Of a DNA stretch of 64,000 nt, positions 55,338-63,186 are shown in pieces. The position numbers and the translations under genes are program-made. Each line of letters starts with the position of its first letter. Positions within the stretch are counted from its first letter, which is position 1. The notes beneath the pieces are model-generated. The model did no database searches. It was given only the letters and a program-made list of their open reading frames with translations, and had not been told where the DNA came from. Source of the stretch: Mitsuokella multacida (GTDB taxonomy: Bacteria > Bacillota > Negativicutes > Selenomonadales > Selenomonadaceae); the NCBI GenBank assembly GCA_047831595.1, contig CP181253.1, forward strand, positions 1,555,112 through 1,619,111, given 5' to 3'.

Positions 55338-56051
55338 ATGGAATTGGAAAATTTCTTTGCGGGGATGTTCTCGCCGGAGTGGTTTGCCGCACTTTCGGGC
55401 ATACTACTCCTCGACCTGCTGCTTTCGGGCGATAACGCCATCATGATTGCGCTGGCCTGCAAGAACCTGCCCCACGAGCTGCGCCGCAGGGCCATCATCG
55501 TCGGCGGCCTCGGTGCCGTGTTTGTCCGCATCGTCTGCACATTATTCGCGACGGGCCTGCTCGCCTCGCCTTACGTCGAGTTCGTGGGCGGCGCGGCCCT
55601 CGTCTTCATCGCGCTGAAGCTTGTGACCGACCGCAATGACGGGCGCGTCGAGGACGGCGGCAGTCAACCGACGACGTTTGGCGCAGCCGTACGTACGATT
55701 CTCGTGGCCGACTTCATCATGAGCATCGATAATATCCTCTCGCTGGCCGGCGTCGCCAACACGGTGCCGCATGGCAAGTGGAGCCTCATTATCTGCGGCC
55801 TGATGATTTCCATCCCGATTGTGCTGTTCGGCGCGCAGATTTTCCTCATGATCATGCTCAAGGTGCCTGCCCTCATCTCCCTCGGTGCCGGCATTCTCGG
55901 CTGGACGGCCGGCGAGCTCATGACTGAGGACCCCGCGCTGGGCGCCTATCTTGCTCCCTATGCTTTAGAGATAAAAGCTGCTTTTGTCCTGCTCGTGCTC
56001 GGTATCGGCTATCTCATCAACCGCAGCCGGGAACAGCGGTCAAATGGATAA
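55338..56051 (+). CDS. TerC-family integral membrane protein (YjbE/YkoY-like, putative Mn2+ exporter)
   Basis: LLLDLLLSGDNAIMIAL.. and ..ADFIMSIDNILSLAGV.., the duplicated TerC DN motifs. Confidence 0.85.
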   Translation: MELENFFAGMFSPEWFAALSGILLLDLLLSGDNAIMIALACKNLPHELRRRAIIVGGLGAVFVRIVCTLFATGLLASPYVEFVGGAALVFIALKLVTDRNDGRVEDGGSQPTTFGAAVRTILVADFIMSIDNILSLAGVANTVPHGKWSLIICGLMISIPIVLFGAQIFLMIMLKVPALISLGAGILGWTAGELMTEDPALGAYLAPYALEIKAAFVLLVLGIGYLINRSREQRSNG

Positions 56052-56086
56052 AGAATACGTCAAAGATATCCTTAGGAGGGATTATC

Positions 56087-56950
56087 ATGAATATGAATAA
56101 TATCAAAACCGTGATGCTCATGGTGCTCATGGCCGTCATCATGATGCTGATTGGCGGACTCGTCGGCGGCCGCACGGGCCTGACCGTCATGCTGTTCTTT
56201 GCTTTGGCTATGAATGCCTTCAGCTATTGGTGCAGCGATTCACTCGTCCTCAAATGGAGCGGCGCGCAGGAAGTCACGCGCGACGAAGCGCCGCAGCTCT
56301 ACGGCCTTATCGAGAATCTTGCCCAGCGCGACAATCTGCCGATGCCGAAGGTCTGCATCATCGATGCGGATGAGCCGAATGCCTTTGCGACGGGCCGCAG
56401 CCCTTCGCATGCCGCTGTTGCTGTCACGACGGGCATCATGCGCGTGCTGAGCTATGATGAGCTCGCCGGCGTTCTTAGTCACGAGCTCTCCCATGTCAAG
56501 AACCGCGACATCCTGACGTCGACGATTGCCTCGATGATGGCCACGGTCATCTCCTACGCCGCCCAGTTCTTCATGTTCTTCGGCGGTTCGAGCGACGATG
56601 ACGACGGCGTCAACCCGATTGCTGCTGTTGCCATGATGCTCCTCGCCCCGCTCGCGGCCAGCATCATCCAGATGGCCATCTCGCGTTCGCGCGAGTACGA
56701 GGCCGATAAAGACGGCGGCGCGCTCTGCGGCAACCCGAATTACCTCGCGGATGCCCTTGAGAAAATCGAGTACTACGTGACGCATTCGGCACCTCTGCCC
56801 GAGGCGAAACCGGCCACGGCCAATATGTACATCGTCAATCCGTTTGAAGGTACGGGCAAGGCCATCATGAAGCTCTTCAGCACGCATCCGGATACGGCCG
56901 ACCGCATTGCCCGTCTGCGCGAGCAGGCACGTGAGATGCGCGTACGCTGA
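56087..56950 (+). CDS. htpX: Zinc metalloprotease HtpX (M48 family)
   Basis: HELSHVKNRD (HExxH) plus EYEADK, four TM segments and PNAFATGR. Confidence 0.9.
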   Translation: MNMNNIKTVMLMVLMAVIMMLIGGLVGGRTGLTVMLFFALAMNAFSYWCSDSLVLKWSGAQEVTRDEAPQLYGLIENLAQRDNLPMPKVCIIDADEPNAFATGRSPSHAAVAVTTGIMRVLSYDELAGVLSHELSHVKNRDILTSTIASMMATVISYAAQFFMFFGGSSDDDDGVNPIAAVAMMLLAPLAASIIQMAISRSREYEADKDGGALCGNPNYLADALEKIEYYVTHSAPLPEAKPATANMYIVNPFEGTGKAIMKLFSTHPDTADRIARLREQAREMRVR

Positions 56951-56955
56951 CGCAA

Positions 56956-57026
56956 ATCGTGGCAGGGGCGGGGACCTGTATTTCGGCTTCGGCGAAATAC
57001 AGGTCCCCGCCCTAGTTAATGCTATC
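56956..57026. repeat. GC-rich hairpin repeat element, short form (E2), directly after the htpX stop codon
   Basis: ATCGTGGCAG-GGGCGGGGACCTGTATTTCG-gcttcgg-CGAAATACAGGTCCCCGCCC-TAGTTAATGCTATC: a perfect 20-bp stem with a 7-nt loop. The flanks and stem ends are shared with E1 at 30288..30495. Confidence 0.7.
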
Positions 57027-57036
57027 TAAGTAAAAC

Positions 57037-57076
57037 AAAAAGAGAGGCTTCTCTTGCAGGAAGTCTCTCTTTTTTC
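57037..57076. terminator. Bidirectional hairpin terminator between htpX and the prepilin peptidase gene
   Basis: AAAAGAGAGGCTTC-N8-GAAGTCTCTCTTTTTT (one mismatch), with an A-tract upstream and a T-tract downstream. Confidence 0.7.
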
Positions 57077-57089
57077 ATACATGGGATTT

Positions 57090-57734
57090 TTACAGCAGTG
57101 TAAATATTAAAGCGCTGATGGTGAAATATGGGCCGTAGGCGAAGTAATCGCCTTTTTTGCGTTTGCCGGTGGCAAGCAGTAGGAGGGCCGCGAGACCGCC
57201 CATGACGATGCCGGCGATGACGACGGTCATGAGCATGTCAGAGCCGAGCCAGATGCCGAGGGCGGCGATGAGTTTGACGTCGCCGCCGCCGATGCCGCCG
57301 TGCGTGAGGACGGCAAGGGCGAGGAAGACGGCACCGCCGACAGCGGCGGCCAGCAGATGGTCGGTAAAGACGCGGTCGAGCATGGGAATGGACACAAGCC
57401 CGATGAGCACGAACGGCAGCAGCATCTTGTCAAAAATCACGCGCTGCTCGAGGTCGGTCCACGTGTAGAGCAGCATGAAATACTGGAAGACCATGAGGAA
57501 GGCGATGCGCAGCGGATGCATGGAGTGCAGAGTCAGCAGGGTGAAGCAGAAGAGAAAGCCAAGAACTGTGGCAAGGCGCAGCGGCCGTTTTTTTGCCTGT
57601 TCTTCCCTGCGTTCCGGAAAACTCAATACGCCTTCTGCCGCGCCCTGATACAAGGCCGCAATCCAGCGGCTGCCCAGCAGCCCGCCGCCCACGGCCAGCA
57701 AAATCGACAAAAGGCAGTTCATTATCGTCAGCAT
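57090..57734 (-). CDS. A24-family prepilin (type IV leader) peptidase, short form
   Basis: ORF trimmed to ATG 57734 (GGGGG RBS). Polytopic, with ..WTDLEQRVIFD.. and ..GGIGGGDVKLIAALGIWLG.., the two catalytic Asp regions. Confidence 0.75.
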   Translation of the reverse strand: MLTIMNCLLSILLAVGGGLLGSRWIAALYQGAAEGVLSFPERREEQAKKRPLRLATVLGFLFCFTLLTLHSMHPLRIAFLMVFQYFMLLYTWTDLEQRVIFDKMLLPFVLIGLVSIPMLDRVFTDHLLAAAVGGAVFLALAVLTHGGIGGGDVKLIAALGIWLGSDMLMTVVIAGIVMGGLAALLLLATGKRKKGDYFAYGPYFTISALIFTLL

Positions 57735-57810
57735 AATAAAACCCCCTGATTCCCTCAAAATTGATGTATAGATAATTTCTTTCGGATTCTTTCCTTATCC
57801 TAGCAAAAAT

Positions 57811-59031
57811 GGATAATTGCAAGTGCAAATTGAACAGTTGTTTTAATCAAGAACATTTCTCAATAGCATAGACTTCATCGAGAAAATGGTCGAAGAGCTC
57901 TGCTGGAGTGTGATATCCCAGAATACGGCGTGGACGCTGGTTTAGCTCGTCCGCGATGCTCAGAACATCTTCATCACTGTAGCATTCGATCGATGTCCCT
58001 TTGGGGATGTAATCCCGCAGGAGGCCATTGTGCCGCTCGTTCTGAGGACGTTCCCATGAGCTGTACGGGTGCGTGAAATAGATCTTCGTGCCAAGCTGCT
58101 CATACTGAGAGAATGTCTCAAATTCCGGGCCGTTATCAGCTGTCATCGTCTTGAAGACCTTGCTGAATTTCTCATCACCGAACTCCTCGCGCAGTTTCGT
58201 CATAGCGACCTCTACACCGGCGCTGGTTCGCCCTGGGACGCGGATGGCGATAAACTCACGTAGCACCTTTTCCACAGCCGTGAAGATGACTGCCTCGCGC
58301 CCCTGACGTCGACCAACGACTGTGTCCACTTCCCAATGACCAATCTCTGTGCCAGCAGCTGCAATCGCAGGACGCTCCTCTATACTGCGCCCGAGCATAC
58401 GCTTATTCTTGCGGTTCCACTTTCTGTGCTTCTTCCGTCCTAAGGCATGAGGCAGATCGAAGAGCGAGAGCGGCAGTTTGTTAGCCCACAGCATATTGTA
58501 GAGTGTCTTGGTGCAAGGGATGGTTCGGCCGGGGAATGACTTCATCAGCCGCGCAGCACCGACGCATCCATCAATCGACCAACGGTCCTTACGGATGCGC
58601 TCGCACATCCACTGGATGAATGGTTCGCAATCATCGCGATCAATCTTGCAGGGGCGTTTGGAGCGCTTGCGGTTCGCCGCGTAGGCTTCCTGTCCACGTT
58701 TGGCAGTATATCCAGGAATGCGGCCGCGATTGCTCTTGCGAGGTGGTGTGCCGCGCTTCAGTTCATAGTAGATGGTCGTATGGGCGCAGCCAACACTCTT
58801 AGCGATACCACGCAAGGACATCCCCTCCTTATGCAGAGCTTGGATCATCCCTCGTTCAGCGAGCGTGAGATGACTTCCTGATTTACGAACAGCTTCATCT
58901 GTGTTAAACTGGTTCTGATCCATAACGATACTCCTTTGTTAGTGATTGTTTTTGCAAAACCATTTTAACATAGGAAGTCGCTATGGATTTTTGTTTTTGA
59001 TTAACTGTTCAACTTCATTTTACAACGAACC
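57811..59031 (-). mobile_element. IS30-family insertion sequence, copy 3 (1221 bp), no target-site duplication
   Basis: Same ends as copies 1 and 2. The 13 nt outside the ends differ (TCCTAGCAAAAAT versus GCATTATCTTATT). Confidence 0.9.
57847..58923 (-). CDS. IS30-family DDE transposase
   Basis: The 358-aa protein is identical to the other two copies. Confidence 0.9.
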   Translation of the reverse strand: MDQNQFNTDEAVRKSGSHLTLAERGMIQALHKEGMSLRGIAKSVGCAHTTIYYELKRGTPPRKSNRGRIPGYTAKRGQEAYAANRKRSKRPCKIDRDDCEPFIQWMCERIRKDRWSIDGCVGAARLMKSFPGRTIPCTKTLYNMLWANKLPLSLFDLPHALGRKKHRKWNRKNKRMLGRSIEERPAIAAAGTEIGHWEVDTVVGRRQGREAVIFTAVEKVLREFIAIRVPGRTSAGVEVAMTKLREEFGDEKFSKVFKTMTADNGPEFETFSQYEQLGTKIYFTHPYSSWERPQNERHNGLLRDYIPKGTSIECYSDEDVLSIADELNQRPRRILGYHTPAELFDHFLDEVYAIEKCS

Positions 59032-59435
59032 GCATTATCTTATTTGGATTTTTTCCGCATTATGGGTATTTAATTTTTCTTTTTTTAATACCAGTGTATG
59101 GTTGGATGGATCTGCTAATTATCTTTGGCCGATGTTCTTTCAGCTTTTTTTTATTTTGATGTATGTAGATAGTATACGTAACCATACTTGGAAATTTTTA
59201 CAAGGAGAAGGAATAGGAGCTAAACTACCGGCATTCATATTAGGTCTATTAGCAGGCAATACAAATGAAAATTCTGCTTTAGCTATTGCGATAGCAGCAG
59301 CAATATTATATTGGAAAAAACGTAGTTCATGGATGAAATATGGGCTTTTAGGAATAGTTATAGGGTATGCCGTTCTTATCTTTGCACCAGGAAACTATGT
59401 GCGGTACCAGACAGTATTGACTGCAGGAAATATAA
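59032..59435 (+). pseudogene. AT-rich polytopic membrane protein gene, internal fragment (5' end removed at the IS30 junction, 3' side cut by the IS3 element)
   Basis: The frame reads HYLIWIFSALWVFNFSFFNTSVWLDGSANYLWPMFFQLFFILMY..LLAGNTNENSALAIAIAAAILYW..LIFAPGNYVRYQTVLTAGNI. It is visibly AT-rich compared with the rest of the window. Confidence 0.55.
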
Positions 59436-59493
59436 TGGGCCCCTTGTCAAGACCACATTCTAAAATTTTAAGAGTGTCTGAGGAAAACTTGTT

Positions 59494-60321
59494 CTATGCT
59501 GCAAAGCGATTGAAATACAGCTTGTCAGGAACCTCGTATCCCAGTGCTTCGTGAGGACGTATGCCATTGTAGTCATCCACATACTGGTTGATGAGCTGGC
59601 GCAATTCCCTCGGAGTGTGATACTCGTTCGGATAAAGCTGCTCCGTCTTGAGGCTGCGGAACCATCGCTCTATCATGATGTTGTCGGCCCACCGGCTGCG
59701 GCCGTCCATGCTTTGCCGGATACCATAGCTGCGAAGCAGCTCTTTGTATTCCTTGCTTGTGAATTGGCTGCCTTGATCCGAGTTGATGATGGCCGGGATG
59801 CCGTATTTCTCAACAGTCTCCCTCACTGCCTGTACGACGTTGCTTACCTCGAGGCTGTCTGAAAGATGATGCCCGACGATGCGACGGCTGTTCCAGTCGA
59901 TGATTGCTGTCAGGTACATGTGCCCATGCGGCATCGGGATGTAGGTGATGTCGATAGACCACACCTGGTTCGGAAAGGCCGCGGTGTAGTTTCGCAGCAG
60001 ATATGGCACGATAGCCTCCTTGAAATTACGCTTGGAAAGGTTCGGCTTGGGATAGACGGCGTAGATCCCCATCTTCTGCATCAGGCGGCGCACTGTCTTG
60101 CGGCAGACCTGCACGCCATCCTCTTGCAGCCTTGTAACAAGCTTGCGGGAGCCGAGATAAGGGCACCTAGTATGCCAGAAATCAATACGGGCCATAATGG
60201 CCTCGTCGAAGGCAGGAGCTTTGCTCATCGGCTCGTGTGGCGTATAGAACAGGCTGGAGCGGTTCAGCCCCAGCAAGGTGCACTGACGGCGTATAGACAA
60301 AGAACTACCCTTTTGGATCAT
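59494..60321 (-). CDS. IS3-family transposase OrfB (rve integrase core)
   Basis: LSIRRQCTLLGLNRSSLFY (HTH_21), WSIDITYIP.., INSDQGSQFTS.., NIMIERWFRSLKTE (DDE). Confidence 0.85.
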   Translation of the reverse strand: MIQKGSSLSIRRQCTLLGLNRSSLFYTPHEPMSKAPAFDEAIMARIDFWHTRCPYLGSRKLVTRLQEDGVQVCRKTVRRLMQKMGIYAVYPKPNLSKRNFKEAIVPYLLRNYTAAFPNQVWSIDITYIPMPHGHMYLTAIIDWNSRRIVGHHLSDSLEVSNVVQAVRETVEKYGIPAIINSDQGSQFTSKEYKELLRSYGIRQSMDGRSRWADNIMIERWFRSLKTEQLYPNEYHTPRELRQLINQYVDDYNGIRPHEALGYEVPDKLYFNRFAA

Positions 60322-60643
60322 ATTCCGGGATGTCTGGGAGGGGAGCTCCAGCTTGGCGAAAGCAGCCCTGAAGAAAGTCGCGTTCGAGCGTCAGCTGGCC
60401 GATGGTCTTGAGCATCTGGTCATTCTTTTTCTTCAGGTCTTCCTCCTTTCTCTGAGCTGCCTTGTTCTCAGAATCTGCGCTGAACGCGCGATGGGCATGC
60501 TGCAGGAAATCCTGCTTCCATTTTCGGACCATATTGGGATTCAGGCCGTTCTCGGAGCAAATGACGTTGAACTCTTTGTCGCCCTGTAGGATGGACAGGA
60601 CAGTCTTCGCCTTGAATTCAGCCGTGTACTTTTTTCGTGGCAT
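60305..60643 (-). CDS. IS3-family transposase OrfA (HTH)
   Basis: ORF trimmed to ATG 60643 (GGAGG RBS). MPRKKYTAEFKAKTVLSILQG.. is a typical IS3 OrfA. Confidence 0.85.
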   Translation of the reverse strand: MPRKKYTAEFKAKTVLSILQGDKEFNVICSENGLNPNMVRKWKQDFLQHAHRAFSADSENKAAQRKEEDLKKKNDQMLKTIGQLTLERDFLQGCFRQAGAPLPDIPEYDPKG

Positions 60644-60730
60644 GATAGCAACCTCCGTTTTCATTACTACTACTATATCATGCACTCCTAAAAAATTCAC
60701 GGGTGGTCTAAATCCATGGGCCCATTATAA

Positions 60731-61369
60731 AAAGATTACGCATTATCATTTTACGCTAGATTTGTTGTACTTTTTTGGTTCCTGCTGAAAGAGATTCCAT
60801 TTTTATTCTTCGTTACACCGTATCTTTATTCATCTGTACGAAAAAAATGTATAGATAATTTAAAACGAGAATATTATTTATTGTTGCTTTTTGTTCTTAT
60901 GGGAGGAATATCGGCATTTTCTATGGTAGCTGCCCCTATGATTCCTCCTCGATCAATGTTCGGTACGACTATCTTTTGGTTGATTGCTAGTACGATATCA
61001 ATACATATTATGTCGGTTGGGAATATTCATTACTATCATCGTCTTATTGTGCAAATTTCACGCATCTTTCTAGCTATAATTACACCGCTGACTATGATAG
61101 TAAGTCTTTATACAGAGGTATTGATTCATGAAAATTTTCAAAGACTAACTAACATATGTAATGAAAGTATTCATCAGGACGTTGTCATTCCATGGAAAGA
61201 TTATCCTTTAATAAATAAAGAAGTATGGAGATGGGAACGATATTTGGTTAATCATGATTATATGGGAAACCATATTGCGCATATGCGCTCCGACCCTAAA
61301 CATTGGATGAATCAGGCGATAGCTGCATATTATGATTTGAATTCTATACGGATAGACATAAATGAGTAA
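60731..61369 (+). pseudogene. AT-rich polytopic membrane protein gene, 3' fragment
   Basis: The frame is open from 60731 (KDYALSFYARFVVLFWFLLKEIPFLFFVTPYLY..LLLFVLMGGISAFSMVAAPMIPPRSMFG..) to the stop at 61369. It has the same AT-rich composition as 59032..59435. Confidence 0.5.
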
Positions 61370-61410
61370 AGATTAGACAATTTCGAATTGTATTTAAGGT
61401 GGCGACGTAT

Positions 61411-61758
61411 ATGAAGACGAAGACTTTTTTGATTTCAGGCAAAAAAACAAAAATCAAGATAAAGGTTGCCGATTCCTTTTTGACGCGCTTTGTCGGCCTG
61501 ATGCTGCAAAAGCCCCTGCCGCCCGCGACAGGACTGCTCATCACGCCGTGCAACAGCATTCATATGTGTTTTATGCGCTTTGCCATTGACGCCGTTTACC
61601 TCGACAAGGAGGGGAAAATCCTCAAGATTGCGCGGAACCTTCGTCCATGGCTCAGTGTTTCGGCCTGCTGGCAGGCTCACAGCACCCTTGAACTGACCGC
61701 CGGCGAAGCCGACTGGCTCGGGCTTGAAGTCGGTCAGATGCTGATAGAAATCAAATGA
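61411..61758 (+). CDS. DUF192-family protein
   Basis: ..VADSFLTRFVGLM....L....GLLI.PCNSIHM.FMRF.IDAVYLDKEG.I..I...L.PW is the DUF192 pattern. The start is ATG 61411 (AAGGTGG RBS). Confidence 0.7.
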   Translation: MKTKTFLISGKKTKIKIKVADSFLTRFVGLMLQKPLPPATGLLITPCNSIHMCFMRFAIDAVYLDKEGKILKIARNLRPWLSVSACWQAHSTLELTAGEADWLGLEVGQMLIEIK

Positions 61759-61771
61759 CAAAATCGTACCC

Positions 61772-61818
61772 AAAAAGTCAGGCCGTGACGATTGAGTTCG
61801 TCACGGCCTGACTTTTTT
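61772..61818. terminator. Bidirectional hairpin terminator
   Basis: AAAAAGTCAGGCCGTGACG-N7-CGTCACGGCCTGACTTTTTT between the convergent DUF192 and hicB genes. Confidence 0.8.
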
Positions 61819-62215
61819 ATGCTTGATTGAGATGAAGTTCCTGCATCAAGGCATTCTGAAGGACGTTGGAGAAGTTGATATTTTTCTCGATGGCTGCTTT
61901 ATTGAGCCAGGCGGGAATGGATAAGGTCTTTTTTACGGATTTCGAGTTGTATTTTTTGTCATAGGCCAATTTGTCGAATTCTACCATCATGACAAATTGC
62001 TTGCCTTCAAGGGCAATATCCTGTGGGGCAGAGGCCTTTGGATATTCGGAGACTTTTTTATCCTCCAACATCAGGCCAATGGCTTCCTGCACCATGACTA
62101 ATGCTTCTTCCATGGAATCTCCCTGTGTTACGCAGCCGGGAATGTCGGGGACATAAACGGAATATCCGACATCTTCCGGTTCGAAAATCGCTGGGTAGAA
62201 AAATTTCTGGGACAT
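61817..62215 (-). CDS. hicB: HicB-family antitoxin
   Basis: MSQKFFYPAIFEPEDVGYSVYVPDIPGCVTQGDSMEEALVMVQEAIGLMLED (HicB/UPF0150 fold), with a C-terminal DNA-binding-like tail. The start is ATG 62215. Confidence 0.75.
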   Translation of the reverse strand: MSQKFFYPAIFEPEDVGYSVYVPDIPGCVTQGDSMEEALVMVQEAIGLMLEDKKVSEYPKASAPQDIALEGKQFVMMVEFDKLAYDKKYNSKSVKKTLSIPAWLNKAAIEKNINFSNVLQNALMQELHLNQA

Positions 62216-62227
62216 ATATATCACCCT

Positions 62228-62290
62228 TTCTTTTATTTCAATCCTGCATCCTTCAAAAGCCGTTGCTGTAGTAGACCACGTATTTTGTCA
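62228..62290 (-). pseudogene. hicA: Possible hicA toxin 3' remnant
   Basis: The minus-strand frame ending 12 nt before the hicB ATG reads ..GDKIRGLLQQRLLKDAGLK-stop, which resembles HicA C-termini (..L..ILKQAGL). No intact HicA-length ORF exists upstream. Confidence 0.3.
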
Positions 62291-62344
62291 CCTGCCTGCT
62301 CGCATCCTTTGCCGAAAGCTGCTCACGTCTTTTGCCGCATGATG

Positions 62345-62381
62345 GTCGGAAAAACGGCATCCAATGGATGCCGCTTTTCGG
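62345..62381 (-). terminator. Terminator after the TniB-like gene
   Basis: Minus strand: CCGAAAAGCGGCATCC-ATTG-GATGCCGTTTTTCCG, with a T-run in the descending arm. Confidence 0.6.
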
Positions 62382-62385
62382 ATCA

Positions 62386-63186
62386 TCATGGAAGTTCCGT
62401 CTCGATAACAAGATGGACCAGGTGATCGTCGATGAGTTTCTTTCCACGCTGCGCAGCACTTAGAAGACTGTGCATGCAGACTTTATTAATGGCACGAGCT
62501 GAGCCGGCGGAATAGTCGTAGATGGCTTTCATGGCTTCATCCGTAAAGATTTCCTGCTCACAGCCAGCATATTTTAGATGTGCCTGAATGTACTGCCGGC
62601 ATTGAGCAAGGTCGAATGGCGGCAGAGCACATTTGATGTCGATGCGCTGTCGAATGGCAGCGTATGCCGGTTTTACGAGTTTGTCCCACAGTTCATTCTG
62701 ACCAACAAGGATGAGTGCCATGGGGTTCTGGGAATCCATATGGCAGTTTAGCATGAAGCGGATTTCTTCCAACGTTTCCTTTTTCAGCAGGTGCGCCTCG
62801 TCTACGATGGTGACGACGCGGATATGACGGGCTTCCCGGATATATTCGAGCTGATGATGCAGGCTGAGCTTGGCGTCGCCTCGCTGAAATTTAGGCTCAG
62901 AGCCAAGCTGCTGCAGGAGTCCGTTGTAGAACCAGCGTGGCGTTAACTGCGAGTCAGAAAGATAAAGGATGAGGAACTGCTCTTCTGGCAGCGTGCTTTT
63001 CAGTCTCCGAATGGTAGTGCTCTTGCCGACGCCAACGTCGCCTGTGAGCACGCCAAAAAGCTGATGTTCTGCCACGTAGCAGAGCCGGCCAATAACTTCC
63101 TGCAGGGATTCCGGCATATACAGGTCTTTGGCAGGAATGTGGTTGGTGAAGGGCGTGTGCTGCATGCCGAAAATTTCTTTATACAT
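62386..63186 (-). CDS. AAA+ ATPase, ExeA/TniB-like transposition helper
   Basis: Walker A LTGDVGVGKSTTIRRL and Walker B VTIVDEAHLL. The start is ATG 63186 (GGAGGAGG RBS), overlapping the upstream transposase gene. Confidence 0.75.
   Translation of the reverse strand: MYKEIFGMQHTPFTNHIPAKDLYMPESLQEVIGRLCYVAEHQLFGVLTGDVGVGKSTTIRRLKSTLPEEQFLILYLSDSQLTPRWFYNGLLQQLGSEPKFQRGDAKLSLHHQLEYIREARHIRVVTIVDEAHLLKKETLEEIRFMLNCHMDSQNPMALILVGQNELWDKLVKPAYAAIRQRIDIKCALPPFDLAQCRQYIQAHLKYAGCEQEIFTDEAMKAIYDYSAGSARAINKVCMHSLLSAAQRGKKLIDDHLVHLVIETELP

Larger units (their letters stand above)
59436..60725 (-). mobile_element. IS3-family insertion sequence (about 1.29 kb)
   Basis: Imperfect IRs of about 40 bp start with TGGGCCC at both ends (TGGGCCCCTTGTCAAGACCAC.. 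and TGGGCCCATGGATTTAGACCAC..). It is flanked by TATA(A) direct repeats and has the orfA/orfB organisation. Confidence 0.85.

Noticed and set aside
58946-59554. The 202-aa ORF 58946..59554 as a single gene, and likewise the first 61 codons of ORF 14216..15262.
   Set aside because: Both begin with the identical peptide MFLQNHFNIGSRYGFLFLINCSTSFYNEP, which is read outward from the IS30 end. They are chimeras of IS terminal sequence with flanking DNA. The first also runs into the IS3 end.
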